DNA of 64,000 nucleotides from Desulfatiglandales bacterium (GCA_963662465.1 OY759599.1:7360001-7424000); one strand, 5' to 3'. Numbered from the stretch's first letter, positions 1-10,638 are shown. Made by a program: numbers and translations. The notes: generated by a model not told the origin, from the letters alone.

Positions 1-2
1 AA

Positions 3-2006
3 ACAGAGCAGATCTATAAAACCCTTTTTGCGGGAGTTTTTGTGGGGGCGGTTTTCTCCTCATTTATCGGGATACTAGATTTTTACGGCGTGTTTTCCCT
101 GGCTTGGTACCGAAAATCAGGATCACTCTACGTGCTAAATTCTACTTTCATGAATAGGGGATGGTTTGCGGAATTTGTGTTGGTGGCGACCCCATTTATT
201 CTGATCGGTTCTATGAGCAAGATAAGTGAGTTGTGGTGTAAAATCCTTTTGTTGATATGTTTGGTGGTGTGTGAACTCGCCCTGATTTTAGCGGGCGCCA
301 GGGCCGGATGGGTTACGTATCCTCTTATCCTGTTTTTTTGCTGGCTCTTTTTCTATTTTTCGAAAGAAGGAAAGTTTGAATCTCTCAATTTGGGATGGAA
401 AGATTTGGCTAAGATCGCGATTTCCGTCCCCGTTACAATCGTTATAAGTCTTTTTTTGACGTTTCAAGTCTTGATGCCGCTTTCGGATTGTCTAAGAGAT
501 GACTCTGACAAAAAAAAGATTGCCGGGTACTCGAAATCTTCGGCTGAACTTTTAAAAGGCAGAGCTTTTCGGTTGATTCAGGCAGACCCAAGGGGCCGGC
601 CCTACACATGGCGAGAAGGATTCCATGTGGGACGGGAGAGTCCTGTTTTTGGGATGGGGTATGAGTCTTTCAGTTGGCATGCGAATATGTTGTCTGGTAT
701 CCCAAGCTCTCATTTTGCTAAGTTCCATGCCGGATCTGCATTCAAGAAAATACATGATACGCCTCACAGCATTTATTTTCAGTTGTTCGTCAGCGGGGGA
801 ATCGTCGGACTCTGCTTATGGTTTCTGATAATCGGATACGCCGTAACAATTTTAATCGTGGACCTGATCCGGAATAAACGATTGCTTAATATTCCCGTGA
901 TTATCTCCATCATCAGCTTCCATATTTACGGCATATTCCAGAGCATGCAGTACATCCCTATGATATGGCTTTTGATTTTTTTGAATCTCAGCTATACCAT
1001 GACCATCGATGCAACGGTGTTCAAGGAAAAAACAAGGCGGGCTTTTAGCGTTCTTGTCAAGATTTGCGCTGTTGTTGTGATGATCTGCGCTTTTGTTTAT
1101 TTGTTTGATTCAGGCTCCAGAAGCCTGGCTGCCAAGTACGGTTTGAAGGTCTATGCAAGAGATCAGGGTGCTGCAGATTATTTCGGTTTTTATTCCCCTG
1201 AAAAATGGAAAAAGGGGACCTATCGATGGATCGGGAGGAGAGCCCTGGTGGAGTTTCGCAAAGGTGGCCTGGTTAAATTTGACTTGGACTGTAGAACGCC
1301 CGATGTAGAAACATGTCCTGTTCTGCTGACAATAACTGAAGACGGGAAATTGGTGGATAGGATTATCTTTACGAAGAAAAAAGCTGTTATAAAGTACTAT
1401 TATCTAGTAGACAAAAACGGGGGGGGAGCGCATAAATTTTTTTTCCAGGTTTCAAGGACTTGGAATCCCCAAAGGATGGGTGTCAGTGAAGACGTGCGCC
1501 ATTTGGGGCTGGCTGTGGGTGGACCTGAATTCCCTACTCATTTTCCTGTGGAGGGTATCGGCTTTTATGACTGGGAAAAATGGCAAGGAGGTCTTATTCC
1601 CGGGTGGACAGGGGATGAGATAAAGTATAGGTGGATGGGCGCACAGGCCTTTATACCAATTGATCTTTCATCGAAAATAGCATACATCCGGAAGTATCAG
1701 TTTTCAGATGAAGAAGCTCATGAAAAAGATGGATTGGAGGTCTTTTTAAGAAGTCTTCATCCCGATGTTGGCGTCGATCCGGTTGTTGTAGAAATTTACA
1801 GGGACAAAATGTTATGGAAAAAGATTGTGTTTAAGAGTAAGCAATGGGAGAAAATATTCTTTGACCAAAATGAAATAAAGGATGCAAAAGTGTTGGGATT
1901 TAAAGTGAGCAGGACTTGGAACCCCAGTCTTTCAGGGATTTCCGAAGACGGGAGGGATCTGGGATTGATGGTTGTATATAGGTATGGGGTGGTGGATAAA
2001 AACTAA
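3..2006 (+). CDS. O-antigen ligase (Wzy_C/WaaL-like) membrane protein with two C-terminal periplasmic repeat modules; 5' end lies outside the window
   Basis: Frame open from base 3; many TM segments, 'LAGARAGW', 'PVFGMGYESF', 'HDTPHSIYFQLFVSGGIVG' (WaaL-type His motif); two 'VSRTWNP..EDxRxLGL' modules. Confidence 0.85.
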   Translation, partial: TEQIYKTLFAGVFVGAVFSSFIGILDFYGVFSLAWYRKSGSLYVLNSTFMNRGWFAEFVLVATPFILIGSMSKISELWCKILLLICLVVCELALILAGARAGWVTYPLILFFCWLFFYFSKEGKFESLNLGWKDLAKIAISVPVTIVISLFLTFQVLMPLSDCLRDDSDKKKIAGYSKSSAELLKGRAFRLIQADPRGRPYTWREGFHVGRESPVFGMGYESFSWHANMLSGIPSSHFAKFHAGSAFKKIHDTPHSIYFQLFVSGGIVGLCLWFLIIGYAVTILIVDLIRNKRLLNIPVIISIISFHIYGIFQSMQYIPMIWLLIFLNLSYTMTIDATVFKEKTRRAFSVLVKICAVVVMICAFVYLFDSGSRSLAAKYGLKVYARDQGAADYFGFYSPEKWKKGTYRWIGRRALVEFRKGGLVKFDLDCRTPDVETCPVLLTITEDGKLVDRIIFTKKKAVIKYYYLVDKNGGGAHKFFFQVSRTWNPQRMGVSEDVRHLGLAVGGPEFPTHFPVEGIGFYDWEKWQGGLIPGWTGDEIKYRWMGAQAFIPIDLSSKIAYIRKYQFSDEEAHEKDGLEVFLRSLHPDVGVDPVVVEIYRDKMLWKKIVFKSKQWEKIFFDQNEIKDAKVLGFKVSRTWNPSLSGISEDGRDLGLMVVYRYGVVDKN

Positions 2007-2782
2007 TGGCTGATCTCAATATTCCGCTTATCTGGGAACTGACAAAAAGGGATTTTTCCGAACGCTTTGCCGGATCTGTCCTGGGATCTGTCTGGGCCTT
2101 TATCTGGCCGCTGGTAAATCTGTTTATCTATATCGTTATTTTCGGTAAATTTATGGGGGGGAGGTTGCCCGGTAGTTCCGATGTTTATGCTTACAGCATC
2201 TACCTATCCGTGGGTTTGATTCCCTGGACGTGCTTCGCCAATTCTCTTACGCGGTCTTGTTCCGTCTTTCTGGATCGGAAAAATGTTATCTCCAAAATAA
2301 ACATTTCCCTTCCTTCCCTGCTGGTTTTCATAAATTTGTCGGAAACCATTACCTTTATCATCACAAGCGCTTTTCTTTGTGTTTTTCTGATTGCATCCGG
2401 GTATGAATTTAATGGCCATTTTTTGTTGCTGCCGTTTATTTTCTACCTTCAGCAGCTTCTCGCTTTTAGTTTGGGGATGTTGTCGGCTACACTAACCGTG
2501 TTTATTCGTGATCTTAAGGAAGTGGTTGGGATTATAGTGCAATTGTGGTTTTGGTTTACGCCGATTGTTTATGTCAGTAGTATCCTGCCGGATTTTGTGA
2601 AAAAGATATTGGTATTTAACCCCGCTTTTATCATTATTGAATCTTACCATCGAATGTTCATCTTCAATGATTACCCCGCCATGCGTTCGCTGGTCATCCT
2701 GTGTTTGATCACTCATTTTTTCCTTTTCCTTTCTTATGTTATTTTTCGTGCTTTAGAAAAGGACGTGAGGGATTTCTTATGA
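2006..2782 (+). CDS. wzm: ABC-2 type polysaccharide exporter permease
   Basis: 'KRDFSERFAGSVLGSVWAFIWPL', 'RDLKEVVGIIVQLWFWFTPIVY', 'NP' motifs; six TM segments. Confidence 0.93.
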   Translation: MADLNIPLIWELTKRDFSERFAGSVLGSVWAFIWPLVNLFIYIVIFGKFMGGRLPGSSDVYAYSIYLSVGLIPWTCFANSLTRSCSVFLDRKNVISKINISLPSLLVFINLSETITFIITSAFLCVFLIASGYEFNGHFLLLPFIFYLQQLLAFSLGMLSATLTVFIRDLKEVVGIIVQLWFWFTPIVYVSSILPDFVKKILVFNPAFIIIESYHRMFIFNDYPAMRSLVILCLITHFFLFLSYVIFRALEKDVRDFL

Positions 2783-2937
2783 TGCAACTGCTTTTTATTT
2801 TGATTTGGACAGCCCTGTTTGGGGTTGTAACGTATGTTTCATGGGTAAAGATTCAACACCATTTCAAAGTCTATTTGATTATGGTTTATAACTGCGTGTT
2901 TTTGACGGTTATTTTTGCTTTGTATACCAAGGGTTAA
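2779..2937 (+). CDS. Small 52-aa two-TM membrane protein
   Basis: ATGA overlap with wzm stop; MMQLLFILIWTALFGVVTYVSW...VFLTVIFALYTKG fills the gap to the next gene. Confidence 0.55.
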   Translation: MMQLLFILIWTALFGVVTYVSWVKIQHHFKVYLIMVYNCVFLTVIFALYTKG

Positions 2938-2957
2938 AATCCAAAAAGGACTTGGGA

Positions 2958-4100
2958 ATGAATATTTTGCTTGATGCAATTCCACTTGATAATCTGGGGA
3001 CGGGGATTTCCAGATACGTACGCAATCTTTACCTGCAACTGGAAAAAATCCCCGATGTAACCGTTTATTATTATAACGGCAAGCGTTGCACAAAAAAGAT
3101 GCCCGATCGGGCCGATGTCGAGCCCTGGATAAAAAAGACCTCCTTAATCTGGAAGTTCCCGGATCCTCTGGTTGTAGGGTTTCGAGCGGCTACTTGGCTG
3201 GCATATGAGTATCGAGTCAGACGGCTTCTAACCCATGGTGCGTTCCATGTGTATCACGAAACGGCTTTTACACCATCTGCAATCAGAGGTACACCACAGG
3301 TATTTACGATTCATGATCTCTCCCTGATGAAATTTCGGGATATGCACCCTCGGGAGCGAGTATGGTTTTCAGACCTGTTCTTTGATCGCAGAATGCCCTA
3401 TGCGACGCATATTATTACGGTATCTGATTTTATTCGTTCCGAAATATGTAGCGAATTTCCCATTGATCCCGATCGAGTTACCGCCATAAGAGAGGCACCT
3501 GATCCCTCATTTTTTCCAAGAAAAAAAGAAAAAGTAGAGGAAGTGATTAGAGCCTTGAAACTTCCCAGCGAATATTTGCTATTTGTTGGAACGCTTGAAC
3601 CCCGGAAGAATCTCTCGCTCGTAATCAGGGCATTGGCCAAAGTGAAAGACCGTATCCCCATCGTTCTCGTTGGCTGGAAAGGATGGGGGGATGACCTGTG
3701 GTGGCGGAAAGCGAAACAAGAGGGTATCGGAGATAGAATCTTGACGACGGGGTATGTGGATGAGGAGTCACTTGCCTGCCTTTATTCTGGTGCATTAGCT
3801 TTTATTTTTCCAAGCCTCTATGAAGGATTCGGTTTACCCTTGCTTGAGGCCATGGCCTGTGGATGTCCGGTTATCTGCTCCAATGTGGCCAGTTTGCCGG
3901 AAGTCGCGGGGGATGCTGCCATGTTTATTGATCCCCATGATGACGAAGATTTGGCGGATGCCATCCATAAGATGGTTTTTGACACTCAAGTACGTAATGA
4001 ATTCATCCGGAAAGGACTTCAAAGGGCAAGGCAATTTAGCTGGCAACGTGCGGCGGAACAGACCTTGGAGGTATTTAGAAAGGTAGCTGTCAGCTTTTGA
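2958..4100 (+). CDS. Glycosyltransferase family 4 (MtfB/WbpX-like)
   Basis: 'TGISRY', 'TIHDL', 'VGTLEPRKN', '[18 protein letters not shown]'; ATG at 2958 after AAGGA. Confidence 0.93.
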   Translation: MNILLDAIPLDNLGTGISRYVRNLYLQLEKIPDVTVYYYNGKRCTKKMPDRADVEPWIKKTSLIWKFPDPLVVGFRAATWLAYEYRVRRLLTHGAFHVYHETAFTPSAIRGTPQVFTIHDLSLMKFRDMHPRERVWFSDLFFDRRMPYATHIITVSDFIRSEICSEFPIDPDRVTAIREAPDPSFFPRKKEKVEEVIRALKLPSEYLLFVGTLEPRKNLSLVIRALAKVKDRIPIVLVGWKGWGDDLWWRKAKQEGIGDRILTTGYVDEESLACLYSGALAFIFPSLYEGFGLPLLEAMACGCPVICSNVASLPEVAGDAAMFIDPHDDEDLADAIHKMVFDTQVRNEFIRKGLQRARQFSWQRAAEQTLEVFRKVAVSF

Positions 4101-4124
4101 GTACCCGTCCTGAAGATTTTAAGC

Positions 4125-5333
4125 ATGATTACGGTCAGAAACATTAGTAAGACTTTCAAACTTTATAAAAGACCGGTTGATCGGCTCAAGGAGATTGTTT
4201 TGAGACGCCAATTGCACCGGCGGTTGGAGGCGCTGAAAAATATCAGCTTCCAGGTGGCGCGGGGTGAAACCTTAGGCATTGTTGGACAGAATGGGGCCGG
4301 AAAGTCAACGTTATTGAAAATATTGACCGGTGTTTTTCTGCCGGACTCAGGCGTTGTTTGCATTGACGGGAAGATTACCGGATTGTTGGAATTGGGGACG
4401 GGATTCAATTCTGAATTTACAGGCCTTCAGAATATTTATTTGAACAGTTCCTTGCTGGGCATTTCCAAGGAAGAAGTCGATGATATCATTGAAGCTATCG
4501 TTGCTTTCAGTGAATTGGGAGACTTTATTCATGAACCTCTTAAAACATATTCCAGTGGGATGGTTATGCGATTGGCTTTTTCAACGGCCATACATGCCGA
4601 CCCCGGTGCTTTCGTGGTAGACGAGGCATTATCCGTGGGTGATGCCTATTTTCAGCAGAAATGCATGCGAAAGATTAAAGAGTTTAAGGAAAATGGTGGC
4701 TCCATCGTTTTTGTTTCCCATGAGATGAATGCCGTGAAGGTCCTTTGCGATAGAGCGCTGCTTCTGGAACATGGTGTTGTAATTAAAGAGGGAAAACCTG
4801 ATCATGTTATCAACGCTTATAATTTTCTTTTGGCAAAAAAATCAAAAGGTGAAGAGATTTGTTTCGCTGATTCGGAAAGCTCAGGGAAAGCTTACGGGAA
4901 TTTTAAAGTGGAGATTGTCCATGTGAAGATGTTGAATGATCATGGGGAGTCGTCGGAATTTTTTGTGGCTGGAGATCGGTGTACGGTGGAGATCGGCCTT
5001 AAATGCAATGAAGATGCAGAAGCTGTAACTGTAGGTATTTTGATAAGGGATCGGTTCGGCCAAGATATTTTTGGGACGAATACCTGCCATATGAACGTAC
5101 CCATTGCGCTCAAGGCAGGTGAAGAATGTACTGTTAGATATTGTATGGAAGAATTGAATATCGGACCTGGGAAATATACCCTCAGTCCCGCGGTTCATCG
5201 GGGTGAGACTCACGTTGATGAGTGTTATCAATGGGTTGATTCGTTCCTCTCATTCGAAGTGGTTGCCGGTAAAGACTTTCTTTTTATTGGTTTTTCTAAA
5301 CTTAAACCTAATGTTCAGGTAGATAGGATATGA
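4125..5333 (+). CDS. wzt: ABC polysaccharide exporter ATPase with C-terminal carbohydrate-binding (Wzt_C) domain
   Basis: Walker A GQNGAGKST, 'YSSGMVMRLAFS', 'VDEALSVGDAYFQQKC', ~150-aa C-terminal extension. Confidence 0.95.
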   Translation: MITVRNISKTFKLYKRPVDRLKEIVLRRQLHRRLEALKNISFQVARGETLGIVGQNGAGKSTLLKILTGVFLPDSGVVCIDGKITGLLELGTGFNSEFTGLQNIYLNSSLLGISKEEVDDIIEAIVAFSELGDFIHEPLKTYSSGMVMRLAFSTAIHADPGAFVVDEALSVGDAYFQQKCMRKIKEFKENGGSIVFVSHEMNAVKVLCDRALLLEHGVVIKEGKPDHVINAYNFLLAKKSKGEEICFADSESSGKAYGNFKVEIVHVKMLNDHGESSEFFVAGDRCTVEIGLKCNEDAEAVTVGILIRDRFGQDIFGTNTCHMNVPIALKAGEECTVRYCMEELNIGPGKYTLSPAVHRGETHVDECYQWVDSFLSFEVVAGKDFLFIGFSKLKPNVQVDRI

Positions 5334-6976
5334 TTGAGACAGGCATAGAAGAGATTAATGTTGACGATTTGATGAAAAAAATTAAAACTGAGGTAAGGAA
5401 AAGGAAATTACGGACCGAAATGCCTGAACAAACTCATCCCGGTCCTTTTCCGAGGATGGAATTGGGAAATCAGATTAAGCCCGGGCATTCTAATGTAGGC
5501 CTTTCAGATCACTCAGAACCATTTCAGGATAAACCGGATGGTTATCAAATGGATGACTTTCTGAAATATCATCATAGGGATTTTGTTATTAACGCCTATC
5601 GTGGTATCCTCAAAAGGTCCCCTGACTCAGAAGGATTCGATCATTTTTTAAGGGATTTCCAATCTGCAAAAATGACGAAAGCCGAGCTTTTGGGCCGGCT
5701 GCGTTTTTCCCCGGAAGGACGTTCAAAGAAGGTGAAGGTGAAGGGGCTGGCGGTTCAGTTTGGCATTCAGCTGTTGTTCCGAATTCCGGTCTTAGGGTAT
5801 CTCTTTCGATTGGTAGTGGGGATACTTAATCTCCCTACGTTTTTCTGCAACTTTCAGAAACTGGAAGCGAGTATGGCTGTCCAACTAAACGATCAGCGGA
5901 ATCAAGGCAATGATATCCTCAATAGGATGCAGGATATGACACATGCGCAACGGGAGTTTGGGCAAGAGTTGGCAGAAAAGGCAGGTATTGGAGATTTGGA
6001 AGACCTGGTGGAACTTAAGGTCGATATGGCGCATGCACAACAGCAGTTTGGGCAAGAGTTGGCAGAAAAGGCAGGTATTAAAGACTTGGCAGAAAAGGCA
6101 GGTATTAAAGACTTGGAAGACCTGGCGGAGTTGAAGGCAGACCGAACAGAAATTGCCGAATTGCTTGACAGTCAGGTCCTTTGTCAACTGAGAGACCTTA
6201 AATTAATGATTATTGATCAGGAAAGGCGGTTGAAACTCCTTTTGGAAGAAGCGCGTAAAAGATTTCCTGCGCCGATTGAGGGGGATCAGGTTGGGATCAT
6301 GCTGAATGAAGAAGACCATATTTATGATGCCATGTACGTATCCTTTGAAGATCAAATGCGAGGGACCCGGAAAGACATAAAGGATCGGCAGAAGGTCTAT
6401 TTGCCTTTTGTCGAAGCCGCAAATGCGGGAACTGAGTTATATCCCGTAATTGATCTGGGTTGTGGTCGTGGTGAGTGGCTGGAGCTTCTCGGCGAAAACG
6501 GTTTTTTTGCCAAGGGTGTGGAAATGAATCATGTGATGGGGCAAACGTGCCGTGATTTAGGTCTTGATATTGTAAATGAAGATGCCATCAGGTTTCTGAA
6601 AAGACAGAAGAGCAATGCTTTCGGCGCTATTACGGGATTTCATATTGTAGAACATCTGGGTCTAAACAGGATGATTGCGCTTTTTGATGAGACGTTTCGA
6701 GTGTTGAAGTCGGGGGGAGTGGCTATTTTTGAAACACCCAATCCGGAAAATATAATTGTAGGAAGTTGTGATTTCTATGTCGACCCAACCCACAAGAACC
6801 CCATTCCACCAAAGACTTTACAATATGTCCTTGAGTATAGAGGATTTGTTGATCCTCAGATCTTACGCTCCACCCCTATGAATTTTATCAAAGGGAAAAC
6901 GGATGGTGCTATCGAAGATTTGATCTATCGGTTTAATATGGGGCAGGATTATGCCGTTATTGCTAGAAAGGTCTGA
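5330..6976 (+). CDS. Class I SAM methyltransferase with N-terminal DUF4214-like domain and repeat-containing coiled coil (putative glycan chain terminator)
   Basis: 'FVINAYRGILKRSPDSEG', repeats 'FGQELAEKAGIxDLEDL', 'IDLGCGRGEWL', 'FHIVEHL', 'ETPNP'; ATGA overlap with wzt. Confidence 0.85.
   Translation: MIETGIEEINVDDLMKKIKTEVRKRKLRTEMPEQTHPGPFPRMELGNQIKPGHSNVGLSDHSEPFQDKPDGYQMDDFLKYHHRDFVINAYRGILKRSPDSEGFDHFLRDFQSAKMTKAELLGRLRFSPEGRSKKVKVKGLAVQFGIQLLFRIPVLGYLFRLVVGILNLPTFFCNFQKLEASMAVQLNDQRNQGNDILNRMQDMTHAQREFGQELAEKAGIGDLEDLVELKVDMAHAQQQFGQELAEKAGIKDLAEKAGIKDLEDLAELKADRTEIAELLDSQVLCQLRDLKLMIIDQERRLKLLLEEARKRFPAPIEGDQVGIMLNEEDHIYDAMYVSFEDQMRGTRKDIKDRQKVYLPFVEAANAGTELYPVIDLGCGRGEWLELLGENGFFAKGVEMNHVMGQTCRDLGLDIVNEDAIRFLKRQKSNAFGAITGFHIVEHLGLNRMIALFDETFRVLKSGGVAIFETPNPENIIVGSCDFYVDPTHKNPIPPKTLQYVLEYRGFVDPQILRSTPMNFIKGKTDGAIEDLIYRFNMGQDYAVIARKV
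5932..6140 (+). repeat. In-frame internal repeats: imperfect 90-nt duplication plus perfect 27-nt tandem duplication
   Basis: gagtttgggcaagagttggcagaaaaggcaggtatt-like unit recurs 90 nt apart; ttggcagaaaaggcaggtattaaagac twice at 6059-6112. Confidence 0.92.
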
Positions 6977-7039
6977 TATTTCATTAAAACACTGATTTTT
7001 CTTATGCTAGCATATCTATTTGTTAAAAATTAGGTTTGT

Positions 7040-8140
7040 TTGTATTCCTATTCTGGAGAGAATTTGCGAAGCATACATCAACTATTACCCGATCTTGTTT
7101 ATGGTGATGCCATTTCGCACTATGCCATCACCATAAAAAAATATCTAAGAGGGCTGGGCTACAAATCCGAAATCCTGGCTAGTCGATGTTACGATGAAGG
7201 CGTTATTAAGGAAGGGAAACTGTTCCGGAAAAATCTTCTAAAAAAAGACGACGGCATTCTTTATCATCATTCCATCGGTTCAGAACTCACGCCTATTGCA
7301 GCCAAACATTCCGGTCCAAAATGTTTGCTTTATCATAATATAACGCCAGCTGAATTCTTTGAGCCTTTCAGACCTGATTTTGCCAACGTCCTGAGACAGG
7401 GTCGATCCCAATTAAGAGAGATTGCGCCGAATTTTCTTTTGTCTTCGGGTGATTCAGTATATAATGCTTCCGAACTCAGGACGATGGGCTTCAGGGATCC
7501 CTTTGTTTTATCAATTCCGGTTTTTACGGATAAATGGACCCGTCCACCCGATTCATACATGATGCATCTCCTGCAAGATGGGAGAGCTAACCTGATTTTT
7601 GTTGGAAGGATAGTGCCCAATAAATGTCAGCATGATCTTGTTCACGCCTTTGCAGAATATCTATCAATGGACCCAAACGCACGTTTGATTATGGTAGGGG
7701 ACAATTTGCCTGATGATCCTTACTATGGATATTTGATGGATACCATTCAAAGATATGGTTTATCGCAATACATTGCTTTAACGGGGAAAATAACCGATGC
7801 GGAACTTCACGCTTGCTATAAAACGGCCAGTCTCTTTTGGTCAATGAGCGAACACGAAGGGTTCTGTGTTCCCTTAGTCGAAGCCATGTATTTTGATGTC
7901 CCTGTTTTGGCTTATAAGAGTTCCGCTATACCGGAGACGCTTGAGAAAGCGGGAGTCATGTTTACGAGTAAGAAAGACCTCGTTTCTGTTGCCGCGCTTG
8001 CAAAACTTTTGGTGAGAGATGAAGACCTTAGAAAACGTGTATTGCGGGCACAGCGAAAAAGAAGAGGGGTTTTTTCCCCTGAGGAAGTTTTGCCCAAGTT
8101 GAATTGGCTTGTTCAAAGAATGGAAAATGAATTTACATAG
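7040..8140 (+). CDS. Glycosyltransferase family 4
   Basis: 'GDAISH', 'YHNITP', 'VGRIVPNK', 'SEHEGFCVPLVEAM'; exact start uncertain. Confidence 0.9.
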   Translation: MYSYSGENLRSIHQLLPDLVYGDAISHYAITIKKYLRGLGYKSEILASRCYDEGVIKEGKLFRKNLLKKDDGILYHHSIGSELTPIAAKHSGPKCLLYHNITPAEFFEPFRPDFANVLRQGRSQLREIAPNFLLSSGDSVYNASELRTMGFRDPFVLSIPVFTDKWTRPPDSYMMHLLQDGRANLIFVGRIVPNKCQHDLVHAFAEYLSMDPNARLIMVGDNLPDDPYYGYLMDTIQRYGLSQYIALTGKITDAELHACYKTASLFWSMSEHEGFCVPLVEAMYFDVPVLAYKSSAIPETLEKAGVMFTSKKDLVSVAALAKLLVRDEDLRKRVLRAQRKRRGVFSPEEVLPKLNWLVQRMENEFT

Positions 8141-8187
8141 GAACCGACTATTGCGGTTGGGCCATTATTGCTAAATCTGAAATTTTT

Positions 8188-9375
8188 ATGAAAAGAGTTG
8201 CTTTTATAGTCCAGAGGTGTGGTCGTGAAGTGAACGGAGGATCCGAGGCCCTTTGCCTTCAGATTGCCCAACATATGGCAAAGTATTGGGATACGGAGGT
8301 TCTAACTACTTGCGCTTTAGACAATTACATGACATGGGAGAATCAATACCCACCTGGAATTGAGCGCGTTGGTGGAATTGGGATTAATCGGTTTTCCGTG
8401 GATCAGCCAAGGGATGTGGATGAATTTAACCGGATATCGGATAAGATCCGCAGTCGCTTACCACATGTCAGTTTAACTGATCAGGAAAATTGGATGCGTG
8501 CACAAGGACCTGTCTCCTCGGATTTGATCCATTTCATCAAAGATCATACGAATGATTATGATGCTCTTGTTTTTTTCACCTATCTCTATGCCACAACCTA
8601 TTTTGGGCTGCCCCTTGTCCGGGAAAAAGCGTTTCTGGTGCCTGCCGGCCATGACGAATGGCCCATTTATCTGAGCATGTGGGATGACTTTTTTTTAAAG
8701 CCAAAGGGCTTTATGTTCCTTACGCTTGAAGAAAAATCATTCCTCCAGTCACGCTTCCCGAACGCTGCTCTGGAGGGCCCCATAAGCGGTATCGGCGTGG
8801 ATGTGCCCATGTTTTGTGATCCGGATCGTTTTATTAGGAATTATAGCATTGGTGAGCCGTTCTTGCTCTATATGGGAAGGATTGATCCTTCAAAAGGATG
8901 CGAGGAGCTGTTTGGCTTTTTTAAAAACCTAAAGAAAAGATTTGATTCCAATATCAAACTCGTGCTGCTTGGAAAACCGGCCATGGCTATTCCAGAACAC
9001 CCGGATATCATATCTTTGGGGTATGTGGATGAACAAACCAAGTTCGATGCTTTGGCTGCCTGCGATTGGCTTGTGAATCCTTCACACTATGAAAGCCTTT
9101 CCATCGTTTTGTTGGAAGCGTGGAGTGTTGGAACCCCTGTTCTGGTGACAGACAAGGCCAAGGTTCTTGTGGGGCAATGCAAACGGTCAAATGGGGGATT
9201 ATGGTATCATGGGTTGGAAGATTTCACTTACATTATTTTAAACACGGGAAAGGAAACAAGGAATATCCTTGGGAAACAGGGAAGAACTTTTGTGGCGAAT
9301 AATTATAGTTGGCATAGCATAGAACAGAAGTATCTTATGCTGTTAGAGGACACACTGAGCGATGCTCAGTCATAA
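8188..9375 (+). CDS. Glycosyltransferase family 4
   Basis: 'QRCGREVNGGSE', 'GRIDPSKG', 'PSHYESLSIVLLEAW'; paralog of 11924..13129. Confidence 0.92.
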   Translation: MKRVAFIVQRCGREVNGGSEALCLQIAQHMAKYWDTEVLTTCALDNYMTWENQYPPGIERVGGIGINRFSVDQPRDVDEFNRISDKIRSRLPHVSLTDQENWMRAQGPVSSDLIHFIKDHTNDYDALVFFTYLYATTYFGLPLVREKAFLVPAGHDEWPIYLSMWDDFFLKPKGFMFLTLEEKSFLQSRFPNAALEGPISGIGVDVPMFCDPDRFIRNYSIGEPFLLYMGRIDPSKGCEELFGFFKNLKKRFDSNIKLVLLGKPAMAIPEHPDIISLGYVDEQTKFDALAACDWLVNPSHYESLSIVLLEAWSVGTPVLVTDKAKVLVGQCKRSNGGLWYHGLEDFTYIILNTGKETRNILGKQGRTFVANNYSWHSIEQKYLMLLEDTLSDAQS

Positions 9376-9382
9376 TTTTCAG

Positions 9383-9410
9383 TTGACAAGTACGTTCGGT
9401 GGGATAATAT
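9383..9410 (+). promoter_or_regulatory. Putative sigma-70 promoter for the secreted protein gene at 9475
   Basis: TTGACA (9383-9388), 16-nt spacer, TAATAT (9405-9410). Confidence 0.45.
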
Positions 9411-9474
9411 CCTTCCGTTTAACCTTGAACGAAGGTCCTTAAAATCAGTTCCCATTGGGAACAGGGGGGTACAG

Positions 9475-10638
9475 ATGGTGCATATTCAATCCATGTTTTT
9501 TTTGTTTGTTGCAATGGTTACATTTTTATTCGGTGGGGCGGCCGCGCAAGCCGACGATTTCTATTTTATGGAATCCGATGGTATTGTTTCTATGGAGGCG
9601 GAAAACTATTCAAGAAATCAAGGCTATGTTTTTAGTGACAGCAGCACCATCAATACAGGCGTCCGTGTTATGCCTGCCGAAGGGTTTTCCGGTCAAGGGT
9701 ATATGGCATCAAACAATGCCGGAGTGAAAATATCTTACGACATCGAATTTACAAAAACCGGTGCTTATTATGTGAATTTGCGATCGTGGTCGGATCTTGA
9801 GGATTACAGTGGGAGTCATCAAAACGGTTACTGTGCGCAGTTTGATGGCTCGGCTTTAGTTGGCGCTTGTCCGGATTATGGATTATATGTGCTGAAAAGA
9901 GCCAGATGGGAATGGGTTACAAAGGAACAATATGTGTGGTCCCCACCGGTGGGGGGAGCGGTCACGCTGAATGTCAATGCTCCGGGGAAACATACGTTTT
10001 CCCTCTCGCCCAAAAAGGAAAAGACGGTTTGGTTTGATAAGATTGTTTTAATCCACACAAGCCTTTGCAATAATGTCAATTTTGATGGATGTTCCACCGG
10101 CACGGGACCAGCGGAAAGTGAGCGGACAGACGGCCCAAAGGGGGCGGCGCCGACGGCAACGACCGGGCCTGCAAGCCTTATAGCTTCAACCCGTGCCACT
10201 TTGAACGGTACTGTGAACGCCAATGACGCGTTATCAACGGTAGATTTTGAATATGGAACTACCACGAATTATGGCAATACGGTTTCTGCGGCTCAGAGTC
10301 CGGTATCCGGAACAAGTGATGTGGATGTAAGCGGCGAAATTACCGGTGTCAGTCCCGCGACAACCTACCACTATCGGGTTAAAGCCGTAAATGATTATGG
10401 TACGGGTATTGGAGATGATCAGACTTTTTTGACCACATGTTCGGGGGATGCTGTTGTTATTCAGAATGTTACATTCGTAGCGGGAACCACAACCGAATGT
10501 GTGGGCTCCGCCTCCATTACCATTGGTCCGGGAGTGACCATTGAAGACAATGCCAATGTCACTTTTAAGGCACCCATTGTAACCGGTACGGATACTGTGA
10601 ATATTGTGGAAGGTGCCGAGGTCAGGATAATCCAATAA
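9475..10638 (+). CDS. Secreted protein: jelly-roll/carbohydrate-binding-like domain + FN3-like domain + C-terminal Cys-containing cap
   Basis: Signal peptide ending AAAQA; 'ESDGIVSMEAENY...FDKIVL'; 'ATLNGTVN..FEYGTTTNYG..YHYRVKAVN'; cap homologous to that of 31139..33124. Confidence 0.8.
   Translation: MVHIQSMFFLFVAMVTFLFGGAAAQADDFYFMESDGIVSMEAENYSRNQGYVFSDSSTINTGVRVMPAEGFSGQGYMASNNAGVKISYDIEFTKTGAYYVNLRSWSDLEDYSGSHQNGYCAQFDGSALVGACPDYGLYVLKRARWEWVTKEQYVWSPPVGGAVTLNVNAPGKHTFSLSPKKEKTVWFDKIVLIHTSLCNNVNFDGCSTGTGPAESERTDGPKGAAPTATTGPASLIASTRATLNGTVNANDALSTVDFEYGTTTNYGNTVSAAQSPVSGTSDVDVSGEITGVSPATTYHYRVKAVNDYGTGIGDDQTFLTTCSGDAVVIQNVTFVAGTTTECVGSASITIGPGVTIEDNANVTFKAPIVTGTDTVNIVEGAEVRIIQ

Noticed and set aside
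5932..6140. Direct repeats considered as a possible CRISPR array
   Set aside because: In-frame coding repeats without unique spacers; no cas genes in the window.
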